64,000 nucleotides of DNA from Azolla caroliniana (lineage: Eukaryota > Plantae > Polypodiophyta): contig JBHGNT010000012.1 in NCBI GenBank assembly GCA_043228905.1, positions 17,422,001 through 17,486,000 of the forward strand, in the 5' to 3' direction. A program made the translations under genes and the position numbers. Position 1 is the stretch's first letter; every line of letters begins with the position of its first letter. Of the stretch, positions 13,101-26,900 are shown piece by piece. The notes below the pieces were generated by a model. That model saw nothing but the letters and a program-made list of their open reading frames with translations. It was not told where the DNA came from and ran no database searches.

Positions 13101-15663
13101 TTCGCGTTCCTAATGGTCCCACTCTAATTTTACACATATGCATGTAATTTTGCAAACAATTGTTTGTTGAACAAAATGTCCGAAGCAGGTGTCATTTGTC
13201 TCATTGTATTCCTCTTGAAAAATAATATTTGTCTATCTTGTTTTCATTATATTTTCTTCAGGACTATAGCTTGACACTTCTTGCCTCAAGGTTTTGTTAG
13301 TCACTTCTCTAGAAATTACTCTTGCTAATGAGCACCTCTTGAAAGCTAATATTTGTCTATCTTGTGTTCATTAGTATTTTCTTCAGGACTAGAGCTTGAC
13401 ACTTCTCTAGTAATTACTCTTGCTACTGAGCTAAACTTCTTATCATTTAATTTTGGGTGGTGGAGTTCTCAAATAAGTGGAAGGACTATCTTGCCCTTTG
13501 CACTCTCATAGAAAGCAAGAAAAAAATATTCAAAAGACTATAAAAGTTAAATTGGTGTGTTCTAGTTAGTTAAATGCAAGATATAAAAATTTGGTTTGAA
13601 AGATAAAATGTAACACACTTGCTTTAGGATGTCTAAATAGACTCCTCTCTAAATGAGGCCTTTTTGCAATGCCAATGTGTCATGACATGGGAAAATGTGG
13701 AGCGTCACGCATCACACATTATTACAACATGTGTTGCACCTAATTACAAAATCACATTCTTCACTCGCGAATGGGGAAACCACATGCACCAATACATATT
13801 AGAGTTCATCCCATTGTCTAGCATCCAAAGCATTGATTCCATACGACTTAGTTCACACTCGCTTCAATGTGAGATGGAACATTTGGACATAAGTGATAAA
13901 ACTTCTAGTTAAATGCACAACCTTAATATATTATTGAAGGGGAAAATTTCTACTATTTTAAAGGGCGTCTTAAGAACCAAAGTACTTCAAACAAGGCCAT
14001 TACACATGGCAAGTACATGTGGTAACTAGAGGACCTAGGGTGCCAGATAAAATGAGTACCTAACCTTATTAGGGGAGAAAAATATTTCTATTGAAACATT
14101 GTTGAGACGTTGGTGGTGTGGCGATGATCTTGCTAACAATAACACTTTGTATTCTTTGAAACAAAGATAAGTTCTTAAGCAATCTTCAATGGTATGGCCC
14201 ATGGGACACCGATGGTGTTTGAATATCTACATCAATTCCTTTGCTCGAGGGTGATTTGGAGAAAAGTGTCCATGATCCATGTCTTTCCTTATTCATATAT
14301 TTATTTGCTAATCATTAGTTATATCTTTAACTCTTGTCAACTATGAACATTTTTCCCTAAACTAGAACAGGAGTTTGAGTACACTTTGGTGCAATGTTAT
14401 ACCTTTTATCACATTTGACCCAGCTTTCCACACATCTTTAACCCAACCCAATCCTTGCACAAATTTCTCTCATAGTCATCGTGTGCAATCTCAATCACAT
14501 TGTAACCTTTTCATACCTCAATATAATGATAAAAAAGATGAACATTTCATGTCCTTAGTTCAACCTTAAGCTAGACCTATGTGTTTTGACCTCACCGATA
14601 TCTTGTCTAAATTTCAAGTCCTACCCTCATATTGCCTTTAGGTTAGGGTTGTTAATAGTTCCCACCTATCAACCAACTTCCAAATCCTATTGGACATTCT
14701 TTTATAATCTTGATCATGATTGACATATCTTGTTGCTCATTGTTTGCCATTGGAGTATCTAAATGATAGAAAACTAGAGCACACGTTTTTTCCTTTTGAA
14801 GTCATTTTTCTTAGTTTATTATGGTTGGGAGGTGAGTTCTCAACTTATGTGTATAGTTTATTGTTTGTAATGTGTGAAATAGATACATACATATTGGTTA
14901 TATTCTAGCTAAACAAATCATGAAAGGGAAGTTAAGAATGAGTCATCAATATATAGCTAAAGATGATCCGTTGATAAGAGAACTAAAGAAAATTCATAGA
15001 TAGCAAAACTAAATATGATTCATTGATAGATTCTTAAGGGGAATTTGGCAAAGTTATTGCTAAAGATAAATGATTGATATGTTAGTATCAACTACTAAAA
15101 GTTTTACAACTAAACATAGATAGTCCAAATTAGTGACCTCATTAATGAGGATTACAATGGAAGTTATCAAGGAATAGAAAAGATTAACAATGAACCAACA
15201 AAAAAATGATTAGTGCCATTAAATGTAATTTACAAAAAATTAAGGAAACAGAGAAAAAACTTGTCTCCTTCTGAGGATAGCTCACAACCCAAAGAGATTA
15301 CGAAATGTCCAAAGAAACCTGGAATGCTCTTTGACATTTGGCACGGAGGGCGTGAAGACTCTTACATATGAGAGATTCTTAGATGGTGTGAAGAAGACTC
15401 TTACATATGAGAGATTCTCAGTCCTAAAACTGGAGGTCACAAGAGACTCAATGCACATATGACATAAGGCACTTGAGCATATGAAAGTGGCACCATGTAA
15501 CATCTTAGTAACCTTAGTATAATTTATCTTAAGTTTATTGCTCTCCATGTTGGTTAATCTCCATTAGCTATGTGTAGTCTTATCCTCATCATTATGTGTT
15601 TCATCGCAATGCAAAACTCAAACGCAAATGCAAATCAAATGGAGAATATCTCCACTAATTCCA

Positions 15664-18600
15664 TCAAAAGGAAACAACATGCTCACAAAAGCAATCTGGC
15701 AAGGCTAAACCCCTTGCCATGATGAAAGAATCTCTATGGATCTTCCACATTATATTCTCTAAAGTTGATGTATTCAATCCACTCAACATGGCAATAGCAT
15801 ACTCTTTCTTGTTAAGTACAAGTGTGTTCCATTTCTTTTCCAACACCCTCATTGGCATGACCATCTTCTCCATGTTGCCAAAATAAGTGGCAACATAATA
15901 ATCACTATTCACCGAGATATAATAATCTAAGGCTGCCTTACTATTGCTACCTAACTTCCTCACGACATTGTCGCCAAGCAGGAAAGACTTGTTATAAATG
16001 TTACTGAACACATTTGTGAAACCTTCAGCTTCAAGTAAACCATCACCAGTTGCAAGGTAAATAGGCATATTTCTTGGAAAATTCAAAGCCTGAAGGATAA
16101 AAGCCACATCACTAGGGGTCAGGAGGCATTTGCCTCTCTTTCTCCAAGAGAGCTCTATATCACCTATAAAAGCAGGTCTGCCACCTCGAACAGCCTCTAC
16201 AGCCATTGCTGAGCCTTGTGATAACATGGGGTACTGGCATTGGCTATATGCAATCATATCAGGCTCAAACCGAAGATGTAAAGACATAAATGGTTGTGGA
16301 ATCTTCGACATTATCTCCTTCGCTTGATCCTCAAGGTTTTGTCGTAGCTTAATGGCATGATAGCAAGCTTGACACCTTGCAGCTTTTGCATAAAATTGAT
16401 ACCTACATCAAACGAAAAGGAAACACCATCTTCAGTGGATTCAACGCGTGGTTTTCTAATTGTGGAGCAATAATATACCAAGATCTGGAAAAACATATTC
16501 ACTTTCATGAACCAATTCCCTTTTCTTACATGTATGTGGTACTAACAGAATCCATCAATGAGTAAAATAGCTATTAGGAAGCTAACAGAATCCACGGTGT
16601 ATCCAAGACTTAAAGAGGCAGATATACATATGCACTACTGACGATCTTTCTAGATTGAAAATAAAAATTGTGTAATACAGTAATTCTCCCTCGTATTGAA
16701 TCAATGGTTTGAATAGCACAATTTGAAGTTAGATTGGTAGATCCTTGATTCATTGAAAACATTGTTTGTCACTAATGGTTTTCCGTAATGAGTGTCACAG
16801 ATTTTGGTAGCCTGGCTGCCAATAGCTCAAGATTCTACAAGATAATTGCTACTATACCCAACTGTTACTACCACAATAAGGGTAGCCAGTACCCGATTGT
16901 TGATTAAGCTCATGACATACTCTACATCGATCACACACAATTTAGCACCATACACTAAATCACACTGTACAAGTAGAATGAACAATAGGCAATATTGCCC
17001 GAGGGTATGTAGTGGAAAAACCACCACTATTGACAAGGAAACGAGAAGAATGCTGTCACCGAGCTCTACACTGGTATTATGCCTTGCATACTATGTAATT
17101 AGAGCACACACAAGAGATAGCAAGGAGATGAGGAAACAGAGACAATATATAAAATAGTGATTGAATTATATTCACATTCTCTCTTTCCTATAAAGGCGTT
17201 TACACATAGTTTATATATAGATTACAAAAGGAGAAGAACAATACAGTAGCGTGTTTTACTTCTCATCTCACCTAATTACTTCTTAGTCATTGGGACTCCT
17301 AAATGGGTTCCCTTTCCAACCTTGGGCTATTCTGAATTAAGTTACTTTAATATCCATGTGCTTATGTACAAGAATGTCCTTGGCCTGACAGACAATTTGC
17401 CACCAATTAACCAAGACTATGGCATGCCCATGGAACAGCATTTTACATGTAAAAACCCTAGTAAAATGGGCAACTCACAGTTTGGTGGTGACATACATCA
17501 GCGCCTCCAGGTTGGCGTTTCTCAGGGAGAGTTCAGTGACTGGGATGCTTCTGCCAGCTTGGTATAGTCAAACTGCCACTATTACAGACCAATTCTATAG
17601 CTAATTTTAATGTAGAATAGGCAGGAAACCGTTATTCTAGGAACTGGGACAAACCCATATGGACCTATGACATGTGGAAGCACGTAGTGGTCTGGGAACC
17701 TGTAACACTTAGGTGTTCATATATATAAAGGAGACTAGCTAGACCCTTCATTACAACATCTTGAGATGCTGTTGGGACTATTGGTGAGGCTATGCTCTCT
17801 TCTTTGGATCTGTTATTCCACATCCAAGGTCAGTGTGGATAAGCACCCTTAATCTATTATTCTCCTTGATCTCTTGTTCTTTTCCTTATCATTACTATAA
17901 TTCTTAATAGCTACTGTGCAACCAAGCATTCCTCTAGAGTGGCAATCATTAGCATTCCACTTTGCCTTCTTGCCACCATGCTTCCATGTCCACCCTCAGA
18001 ATGTTCAGATCCACAGCTTCAGGTGCTCAGGAAGACTATATGGCTACAACAGCCACAGACATCTGGCTGGCAGCCTGGAGGCAGAAATCACGGGTGTGCT
18101 CCTACACTCAATCCAGATGATTTTGGATCAGACGGCAGGTGATGAAGCAAATCCACTTTGCAGCTGGCTGTGAGGTGCTAGCCACGCAACTGTTCCTCAG
18201 CTGCTGCCATGCAGTTAGCAGACCACATGACCATAGCATGCAGTGTTCATGCCATCACTTTAACAGCCTGGGCACTAGGGCAGCCCAGGTGCTCCTGAGG
18301 CACAGTTGGCTAGTAGGTCGAATGTTGTGTCAGTTGAAAACTTTAATTGATGTAGCTACATATCAAATACATAAAAAAAATTGTTATGAATTAATACCTC
18401 AGAAAAAGACAAGTTGCCTACACAAAATTACGGTTACAAAACACTTGGAAGTTGCTTATGCTTTGGTGACACTCATGTTTCTGTGAAATAGGATTAGAAA
18501 CACTCAAATGGAGCCTCAAAATCAGCAAATTAGGACTGTAAATAACCCCACGTTAACATTTTGTTGCTATATTCTCATCCACCCAAGTTAGAGCTAATTG

Positions 18601-20762
18601 TTCATGCATGGGAATTTCTACCTATGGATAAAGCAATGAATGAAATCCTTCGAGTGAAGACTTCTAATGCATGAAGTGAAGTTGCCAGTTACTAAAATAT
18701 ATTAAATGCATATCACACATAGTGACAAGTAATAGCACTTTTTGTACTCTATTAAAAAATATTATTACATTGTAGACTGTAGATTGTGGTAGTTTTTGAC
18801 ATATCACATATCATATATGTATCAATTATATATCATATATGTAGATAGATAGATATAGTGTTATACGTATACAAATTTTTGACAATTTAATATATTATTT
18901 ACCTATGATTTTGACAAATCTTACAAAAAAAATAAGTAAAATTTCCAAAAACTTGCATGATGGACATCACCGGTCTGTAATTCACGGGCAGGTGATGTGG
19001 ATACACGTAAATCCACTAGTGGATTTGTCACTACACTGGTCAGTGGTGCATCATGGTGTTCGAATTTTCATAGAAGATTGTTGCATTATCTACGACCAAG
19101 GGTGAATATATTTCAGTGGTGGCTTCCAAAGAAGCCATATGGTTGGCATCATGCATGACACAGCAATGAGCTTGGTCTACCTGAGAGGACACCAGTCCTA
19201 CAATATGATAGCTTTAGTTCCATATGCTTCACTATAAATGCCATGGTTTATGCATGCACTAAGAACATTGATGTGCAGTATCACTTCATCAAGGAGGTGA
19301 TAGAGGATGAACCCATCTTATAACATAAAACCAGCACTACACAGAATCCTGTAGAAGCTCTCTCTAAGTGCCCCTCAAAGCCCCAACATCAACATTGTCT
19401 TCAGCAAGTAGGAGTAACATAGCTTAACACAGCCTCTTTGCATTTTAAGTGGGAGGTTGTTGGGTATAAAGGTTCAAGAATTCTCCACTTATAAAGATGC
19501 TTTCATACTAGCTCTCTTCAGAGCTTCTTTAACATATTTGGGTCACTTGGCCAGTGTAAAGTGACTCAACTGCCCTAAAATCACATTCTATTAAGCCAAT
19601 ATCCTTTTGCCCCTACAATGTTTTCTCAACATCTTAGCCATTTTCTCTCTCCTGTCATTCCTACTCTAAGTTCACTAATGCACACGGGTGGTACCAAAAC
19701 ATATGTTTTGGCCTGCAACTGTGACAGTGCATTGCATCTGTTTTCGGACCAATGCTTCCACAGTGTGGTCATCCAATGTGGGACATGTAAAGTAAGCATG
19801 TGATTCATTTACATGAGAAGGGGCACTTTTGGAAATAGAAAGAACCAACCTGGTAAAGGAGCATCTTGGAAAAGACATCGGTCTCCTTTTTATCTACCAC
19901 TCTTAAAGATAGGATAATGATGGAGTTTAAGACCCATCTATTGGACGTTTAGAAGTAAAGAGGAAAAGGCATCCAATGTACCCTTTTCTGTTCTCTCACC
20001 AATTGTATAAAAAAACCCTTCTTCATGAACAAGTCGTGGTTGTTAGGAATGCAACCTAAGTTAGTTACTAGTTTAGATCTTGAGAGGTAGTCATTGAGTG
20101 TCATTCCCTAATCATTTGGAGTCATTTTCTACTCTCCTCGATTGAAATTTTCTTTTTGATTAAGAGATTTGATAATAGAGTGCTGTTATATGCACTACCA
20201 CTGTGTCTCTCTTACTTAACTAAGCGTATATTAGTTACTCCTTTCTTAAGTAGTGATTGAGTGTATGGTTTTTAGTCAGGCTGTGATAGCCTTGTATTGT
20301 TTATTACCCTACCACCAACTATTCAAATGGCTCTTTAAGTGATTATTGAGTTCATATGTGTTGTTGAGTCACCTTCAACACCCCCTAATCAAGAAGTGTC
20401 AGATCCTATACTACACGAGTATGAGTGCAGCAAGTAATTGACAAAGTTACAAACATTGGGAGCTGATCATCTCCCGATTAATCAAATCACTTCCAGCATA
20501 TAATCAGTGGCAGGGAGGGAACCATGAACGTCAGGGAAACACACCACAACCCACAGTTCAACAAACGGTTTTCCCCAATGAAATGAGGAGGTAACTCCAG
20601 ATACAATGCTACACAACCAAATTTGGCAGCAAACATCTTTAGAAAATACATGCAAACTGGAATTTGCTATTTCTCTTACTTGCATTCATCTAGTCAGAAG
20701 TTAATTCTCAGGTTTCATTACATCAGCTGTATTCTTATTCAAAGAAAACGCACTAGGGCCAT

Positions 20763-20793
<31 letters not shown>

Positions 20794-20873
20794 AAGATAT
20801 ATTAACGTCTTTTAAGAGGCCAAAATGGCCTATAAGACCAAATAAGAGATTACATCTTAAGTGTTGTCTCACC

Positions 20874-20907
<34 letters not shown>

Positions 20908-23900
20908 AATTAAAACAGCAATCCCAAAGCTAGATACCTGTCAGACCGTTGACTTGCTGCTGGTCTAAGTATCACCACCTTATTTCTTGTAAGCACAGGT
21001 AGGACTTCTTCAACATAATCAAAAGGGGCTTTCCTTTTAGGGCAGGTCAGGAGAATAGGTTGCACATGCTGAAAGTCTTCTGGTAGCTCTTTAACTACAT
21101 GGACATATCCCTTGGTTTGGTTAATGAAGAAGTCCACATCAAAAATATCTGCAAAACCACTTCAATATACAGCACATCCAACATAAGCCAATTTCATATG
21201 CATTAGGTTCCAAATACTTAAATACACACAAATTAAGACACAGACTTGACAGTTCTACTATGAGGACTATTAACACACACACACAATACACATCATCATG
21301 CGTGCCATATCATTGATACCACTAGCTTATCCATGAATTGTTTTGTTTTCCTTCTAAATACCATATTTCCTATACAAACAAATAGCCTCGTGAATGCTTT
21401 GTACCTTGTGTCATTCCAATATAAGGCAGCATCAAATTGAGGGATCAATAAAGTTGCATTTAATAGCCTCGCAATTCCCACGCCATCACAAAGCTGCACA
21501 TATAGATCATTTCATATGCCAAATCCGATAAACAGGTGTGCAAAAAAAACAAAACTTACATCTCGACGCATTTGATTCAGACCTCCAGTGCATTCCACTT
21601 TAATGTAACCAGTTGATTCCCTTGGTAATTCTGCAATAATTTTTCCACAACCAAAATCTCTCAATCTCTATCTCTCTTTTTCTGTGAAAGATGCTGTAGT
21701 ATATTATGTACAGTATGAGAAATTCGCAAAAGTGCAGAGCAGCAAGTACAAAGACGAAAAAGAAAAAACCCAGAAATAATAAAATACCAGTAGGGGATGA
21801 CAAATTATGCACTGAAGAGAAAACTACATTAATCAAACGACTTTCTTCTTCAAGTACGCCAAGTGCAAAATTTATGTGGGTCTCACAACCGAAGAGGCAA
21901 AGCTATTGGCATAGGACCACAATAACGATAATGACTATAGGCAGAAAATGTCATCGATTGAGCGTATAAGGTTCTTCCACCACGAGTATTTGGATGTCAA
22001 ACAAAAGTTTGGTGTGAAGCTACATCCTGACCGACGACGTCAATGCTTGCATGAAGTCGGCATTGTGGTAGATGATAATGTTAAGTCCGATGGTCTTCGA
22101 AAATATGAGTCTTGGTTTTAACTGGCCTTTAGAGATGGAGAAGTATGGGACCTACAAGATCAAATCTTCTCAATGTGGGAGAATAAGGAGGTCAAGGTGT
22201 CGAATCCGAATGTATAATGACCGTATTCACACTGTCCCTTTGGACAGCCCAAGTTTGGGCTATTTCTGTAAATAGCATAAAGGGTAGTTGCCCTAGGATA
22301 GTCACTATATAAAGTGACTTTGTAACCTTTAGTAAGAGGTTGGTTGTCATTTGTAACTGTTGCTATTAAGAAATAAAAACGTTTCTTTGTGCCTATCTGT
22401 GTGTGTGTGTGTGTGTGTATCTTGTTCATTCTCATACACAGGTCCTTCAACATCACAAATGTTGTTTGTTCTTCCGCACTAACGACCTTGTCCCCAACAT
22501 TTGGTATTCGTGCATTGGAGGTTCTTCAATCCGCTGCCAGCCGTCATAGTACACCACACAACATTCTGTTTCTGTTTTTCTTGAAGAACAGAGAAGAGAG
22601 AAGACAAACAAGAAGTCTGCATCTCATTGTGTTAAATCACTAATTGGAGTAAGCTAGCCGGCTGTACTCTGTTCTTGTGATTGTAACCACTTGAGGTGAG
22701 CTCCTTGTGCAACACCCGACCCTATCGTGATTCATTTGGTTAAACAACATCCAAATAGGTCAGCGGACGCTATTCACCCGCGTGTTGTAACCACCCGCTG
22801 CAGATTGGTCTCCAGGCAACAAGCAAATTCGTGCTTCATTCGGGAGGATCAATTGGATCCACCCCTCTCATCACTGCAGTCATCCGAAGCAGAATCAGCC
22901 TAAACAATCGATTTCTTGTGATCAGTATTCGGCATACAATCGGAAGCTAACTGGAGTCACTCCAAGAAGGTTCAGCAAACAATTATCCGAAACCAAACTG
23001 ACTCGGGTTCAAGATCATCAACTAAACACAATGGGCCAAGGGGGTTTTATATACAAGTCCTCAAGGAACTGCCACATTAAATGGTTCGTGGAATCTACTC
23101 GAGTACGATTCTGTCATAAGAATATCTTATATTCTTTGACCACATTTACACTTGACAACTAACTACATATCAGAATCTAGTTCTCCATGTAACTAGATAG
23201 TTCACACAAATTACAATAAAGTGTGCTTACACACTTTTTCACACATTGTGCTTTTCTTCAAAAGCACATGTTCACACAAGTTGAGCTTGATTCTCAACAC
23301 CACCTTCATATACTCACTGGAAAGTGCTTAGCTGTGAGGCATTGTGCACATTCGTAAAGAAGTCCTGTAAATGTGTTCTCCTAGGATATGGTGACAAGGG
23401 TGAAATGGGATATAGATTGTAGGATCCCATGAAAAAGAAAATACTATGCAGCAATGATGTTATCTTCTAGGAAAATTGCATGCATAACACCTCATAAAGA
23501 TTTAGGAGGTCATAGGGTTGTATTCCTGTCGGCTCCACCCCCCTCCCAAGGGGGTTTGAGCGTGAGAGGAGAGAGGGAGAAAGAAAGAAAGAACGATATA
23601 TTAACGTCTTTTAAGAGGCCAAAATGGCCTATAAGACCGAATAAGAGATTACATCTTAAATGTTTTCTCGTCTTTGAGAACAAATCAAAATAAAGTAAAT
23701 ATTACACAGTAAATATAAAAGTAAATAAGATGAAAAGAAAAGAGACAAGAGAATCTGGGTTTTGGCACATGCGAGATTCTCAAGTTAGGTATATTGTAGC
23801 TTTTGTCTCCAAAAGATCTCTATCATAGGTCGATCCAAAATGGAAATGTCTCCGAAGCGAGGGAAGCACCTACGATGGCGGGAGATAATGGCTTTTATTT

Positions 23901-26900
23901 GTCGATGACAAGGGTGTCGAGGTCGTGGTCCATGGGGCCGGGGCCTACGTGCACGGCAAATTGCCATTGCCCAATCAATCGTAACCCCTTTGTTATATCC
24001 TGGTCTGGATCCCATTTCTGTATCCTGGGGTTGACTTCTAGCATTAGGAGTGATGGAGCTAAAGAAAGTTGTGATTGTTCTTTGTGGATGAGCTTGTGTG
24101 GCTGTATTCTTCAACAACTTTTCCCGATGTCTCTTGAGCTCGAGCAAGAAAAGTCCTAGGCATCTTTGGTCCTTATATTCCATTACCTTGCGTAGTGGGC
24201 CAAAGCCTTGTTTAAAGAGGCAATGGTATCTCCCTCTGATTTCATAAAAGACACTACAATGACAAACATAGTGTTCTTCAGATTCCACTCCTTGATGACA
24301 CAATTGGCAAATTCGCTCTTCTAGAGGTAGTCGTGTATATCTGCCCACCTCAATCTGTAGCTGATGTGATGAGGTTCGCAGCTGCCCTATCACACTACGC
24401 AGCGCATAGGATAGATGTATGTCCATATAAGGTGGCCTTATGACAAATCCATCCTCCGATGTAAATACAAAATGAGAGGGAAGATGAAAATAAGAGAGAG
24501 ACACACTGTTGAGGGGTAACTTCACTATTATTCCCTCTTTTCATGCCCCATGGGTAGGGTTTATATAGTACAAAATTTGACCGTTACGAGACAGTACAAA
24601 AAGCCAAATGGGGGTAGTTACACCTTCTTACCTCACTCTCTCACATTTGTATACACACTCATCCTCACTCACACATTGCACATTGCACCTTACACATTAC
24701 ACACCTTATACATTACACCTTAGCCCTCCCGTACACCTATACGGGTAACAATTCCGAAAAGAAATAACTTTTGGACAGCAAAGCGTGCCCACTGTACAGC
24801 AGCAAAAACCTGTTGTAAATGTATCTGCAAATGCAGAAATGATGCTGGAAATGATCAGACAGCCATTGCCCATAATGACGAGCCACCAAATGTGCAGGAA
24901 CAGCCAGGACAGCAAACCGTTAATGCTGATTTGAAGGTTGAAATGCCATGACAGCAAGTTGAAAATGATAATTTGCAGATCATTGGGTCAGGAGACCATC
25001 TAGGGCTACAAGATAGCCTGACAGATTTGTTCCTGATCTGACTGATTATGTCATGGTGATAGACTGTGGTGAACCGTCTTGCTTCAAGGAAGCAATGGAC
25101 AGACAGGATAGCAAGAATGGTATAAAGCAATGTTGTCAGAGATGGAATCTCTTGAGAAAAATGGCAATTGGGACTTGATGCATTTGCCTAAAGGCAGGAA
25201 ACACTTGCATGCAAATGTGTTTACAATATGAATGTTACTTCTGGTTCCTCGTCAAAGTACAAAGCAAGATTGGTTGTGAAGGGATACAAGCAGGATAATA
25301 TATAGATATAGATATAGATATGTGTGTGTAGCAGCCTGAACGGTTTGTGGCAAAAGGCAAAGAGAAGTTGTTCCATAAGCTCAATAGGAGTTTATATGGT
25401 TTGAAACAAGCACCAAGAGAATGGTATCATAAATTTGATGCATTTTTGCAGTCTCAAGGTTTTCACAGAAGTCAAGTAGATCACTGGTTTATATGGTTTG
25501 AAACAAGCACCAAGAGAATGGTATCATAAATTTGATGCATTTTTGCAGTCTCAAGGTTTTCACAGAAGTCAAGTAGATCACTGCTTGTACACTAAGAAGG
25601 CAGCAGATGGCAGCCTGATTATCTTGGTTTTGATCTTGGTCTTGTATGTTGATGACATGCTGATTGCGGGCAGGGATATTCATGCCTTGAATTCATTGAA
25701 GCAAAGTCTTCATCACATCTTTGATACGAAGGATCTTGTTGATGCAAATCACATTCTTGGCATGCAAATACTCAGAAATCAGTGGCAGGATTACTCTTTC
25801 TATCTCAACAGGAGTATGTAGTGTTTCAATATGGAGGGGGGAACAACTTGGGTTCCATTGCCTCCATTGCAAAACTCAGTGCAGAAGACAGCCCTACATC
25901 TCACGATGCCAAGGTTGAAATGGCCAAGATTCCATATGCTTCAATTATTAGTAGTTTGATGTATGCTATATGGTTGCTACACATCCTGTCATTGCTTTTG
26001 CAGTGGAAGTGGTTAGCAGGTACATAGCAAACCCTGGCAAAAAGCATTGGGAAGCAGTGAAAGGTATTATGTGATACCTCAAAAGGCACAAAGGATTTGT
26101 GCATCTATTATGGAAAGCAAACGGCATCTGTCATTGGTTTTATGGATGTAGACTATGCTGCTCATGCAGAATGCAGAAAGTCCATTTCTGGGTATGTGTT
26201 TAGCTTCAAGGATTTCATGTATGGTGAGATCTTGGCATTACAGAGTTACCTATTCTTCATTGTGATAGTTAAGAGTGCTATCATGATAGCACAGAGATGT
26301 ACTTGACAGCCAGAGCATTGAGATGGTCAAAGTGAATACTGATGATAATCCTGCAGATCTTCTCAGGAAGAGTCTTCCAGCAAAGCGTTTTGCTTATTGC
26401 CAACAAATGGAGTTGGATAGATATATGTATTTCAGCAATGTACAAGCATAGCAGTTTGCTTATCTTTGGGTCTGAGTACTAACCTCCGACTACAATTTTT
26501 AACTAGTCTCTCAGAGAAGACAGACAAAAATTTATCCTACCTATGATCGCAATATCTGGGATCAAAAGGTTGTCTTATGATTTTTTGTTTAGTTAAACAG
26601 GTCAATTGTACCCTCAATCAAATTCAGCAAATGATGGCATAAGTCAGGATGATGAACCTCCAAAAGCTGGAGATAAGATATAATTAAACTATTACTGACC
26701 ATAATTGCATTGTGCTATAGGATACATCAGTGATGATCACAATTAGATCATGAACTGGAGATCAAACTATCATGTTTAATTATGAAGACCGACAATGCTT
26801 TGGGACCATGAATCTTAAGAGGAACTCTACGCTATTAAGTTGAGCAACGTGATCAAAAGCTGACTTTCTTGTAAAATACCTGGTAGCTGATGGGCATCAT

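Noticed and set aside
16960-18330. Possible solo LTR and short ORFs in OFUT intron 5
   Set aside because: No confident termini, TSD or protein motif.
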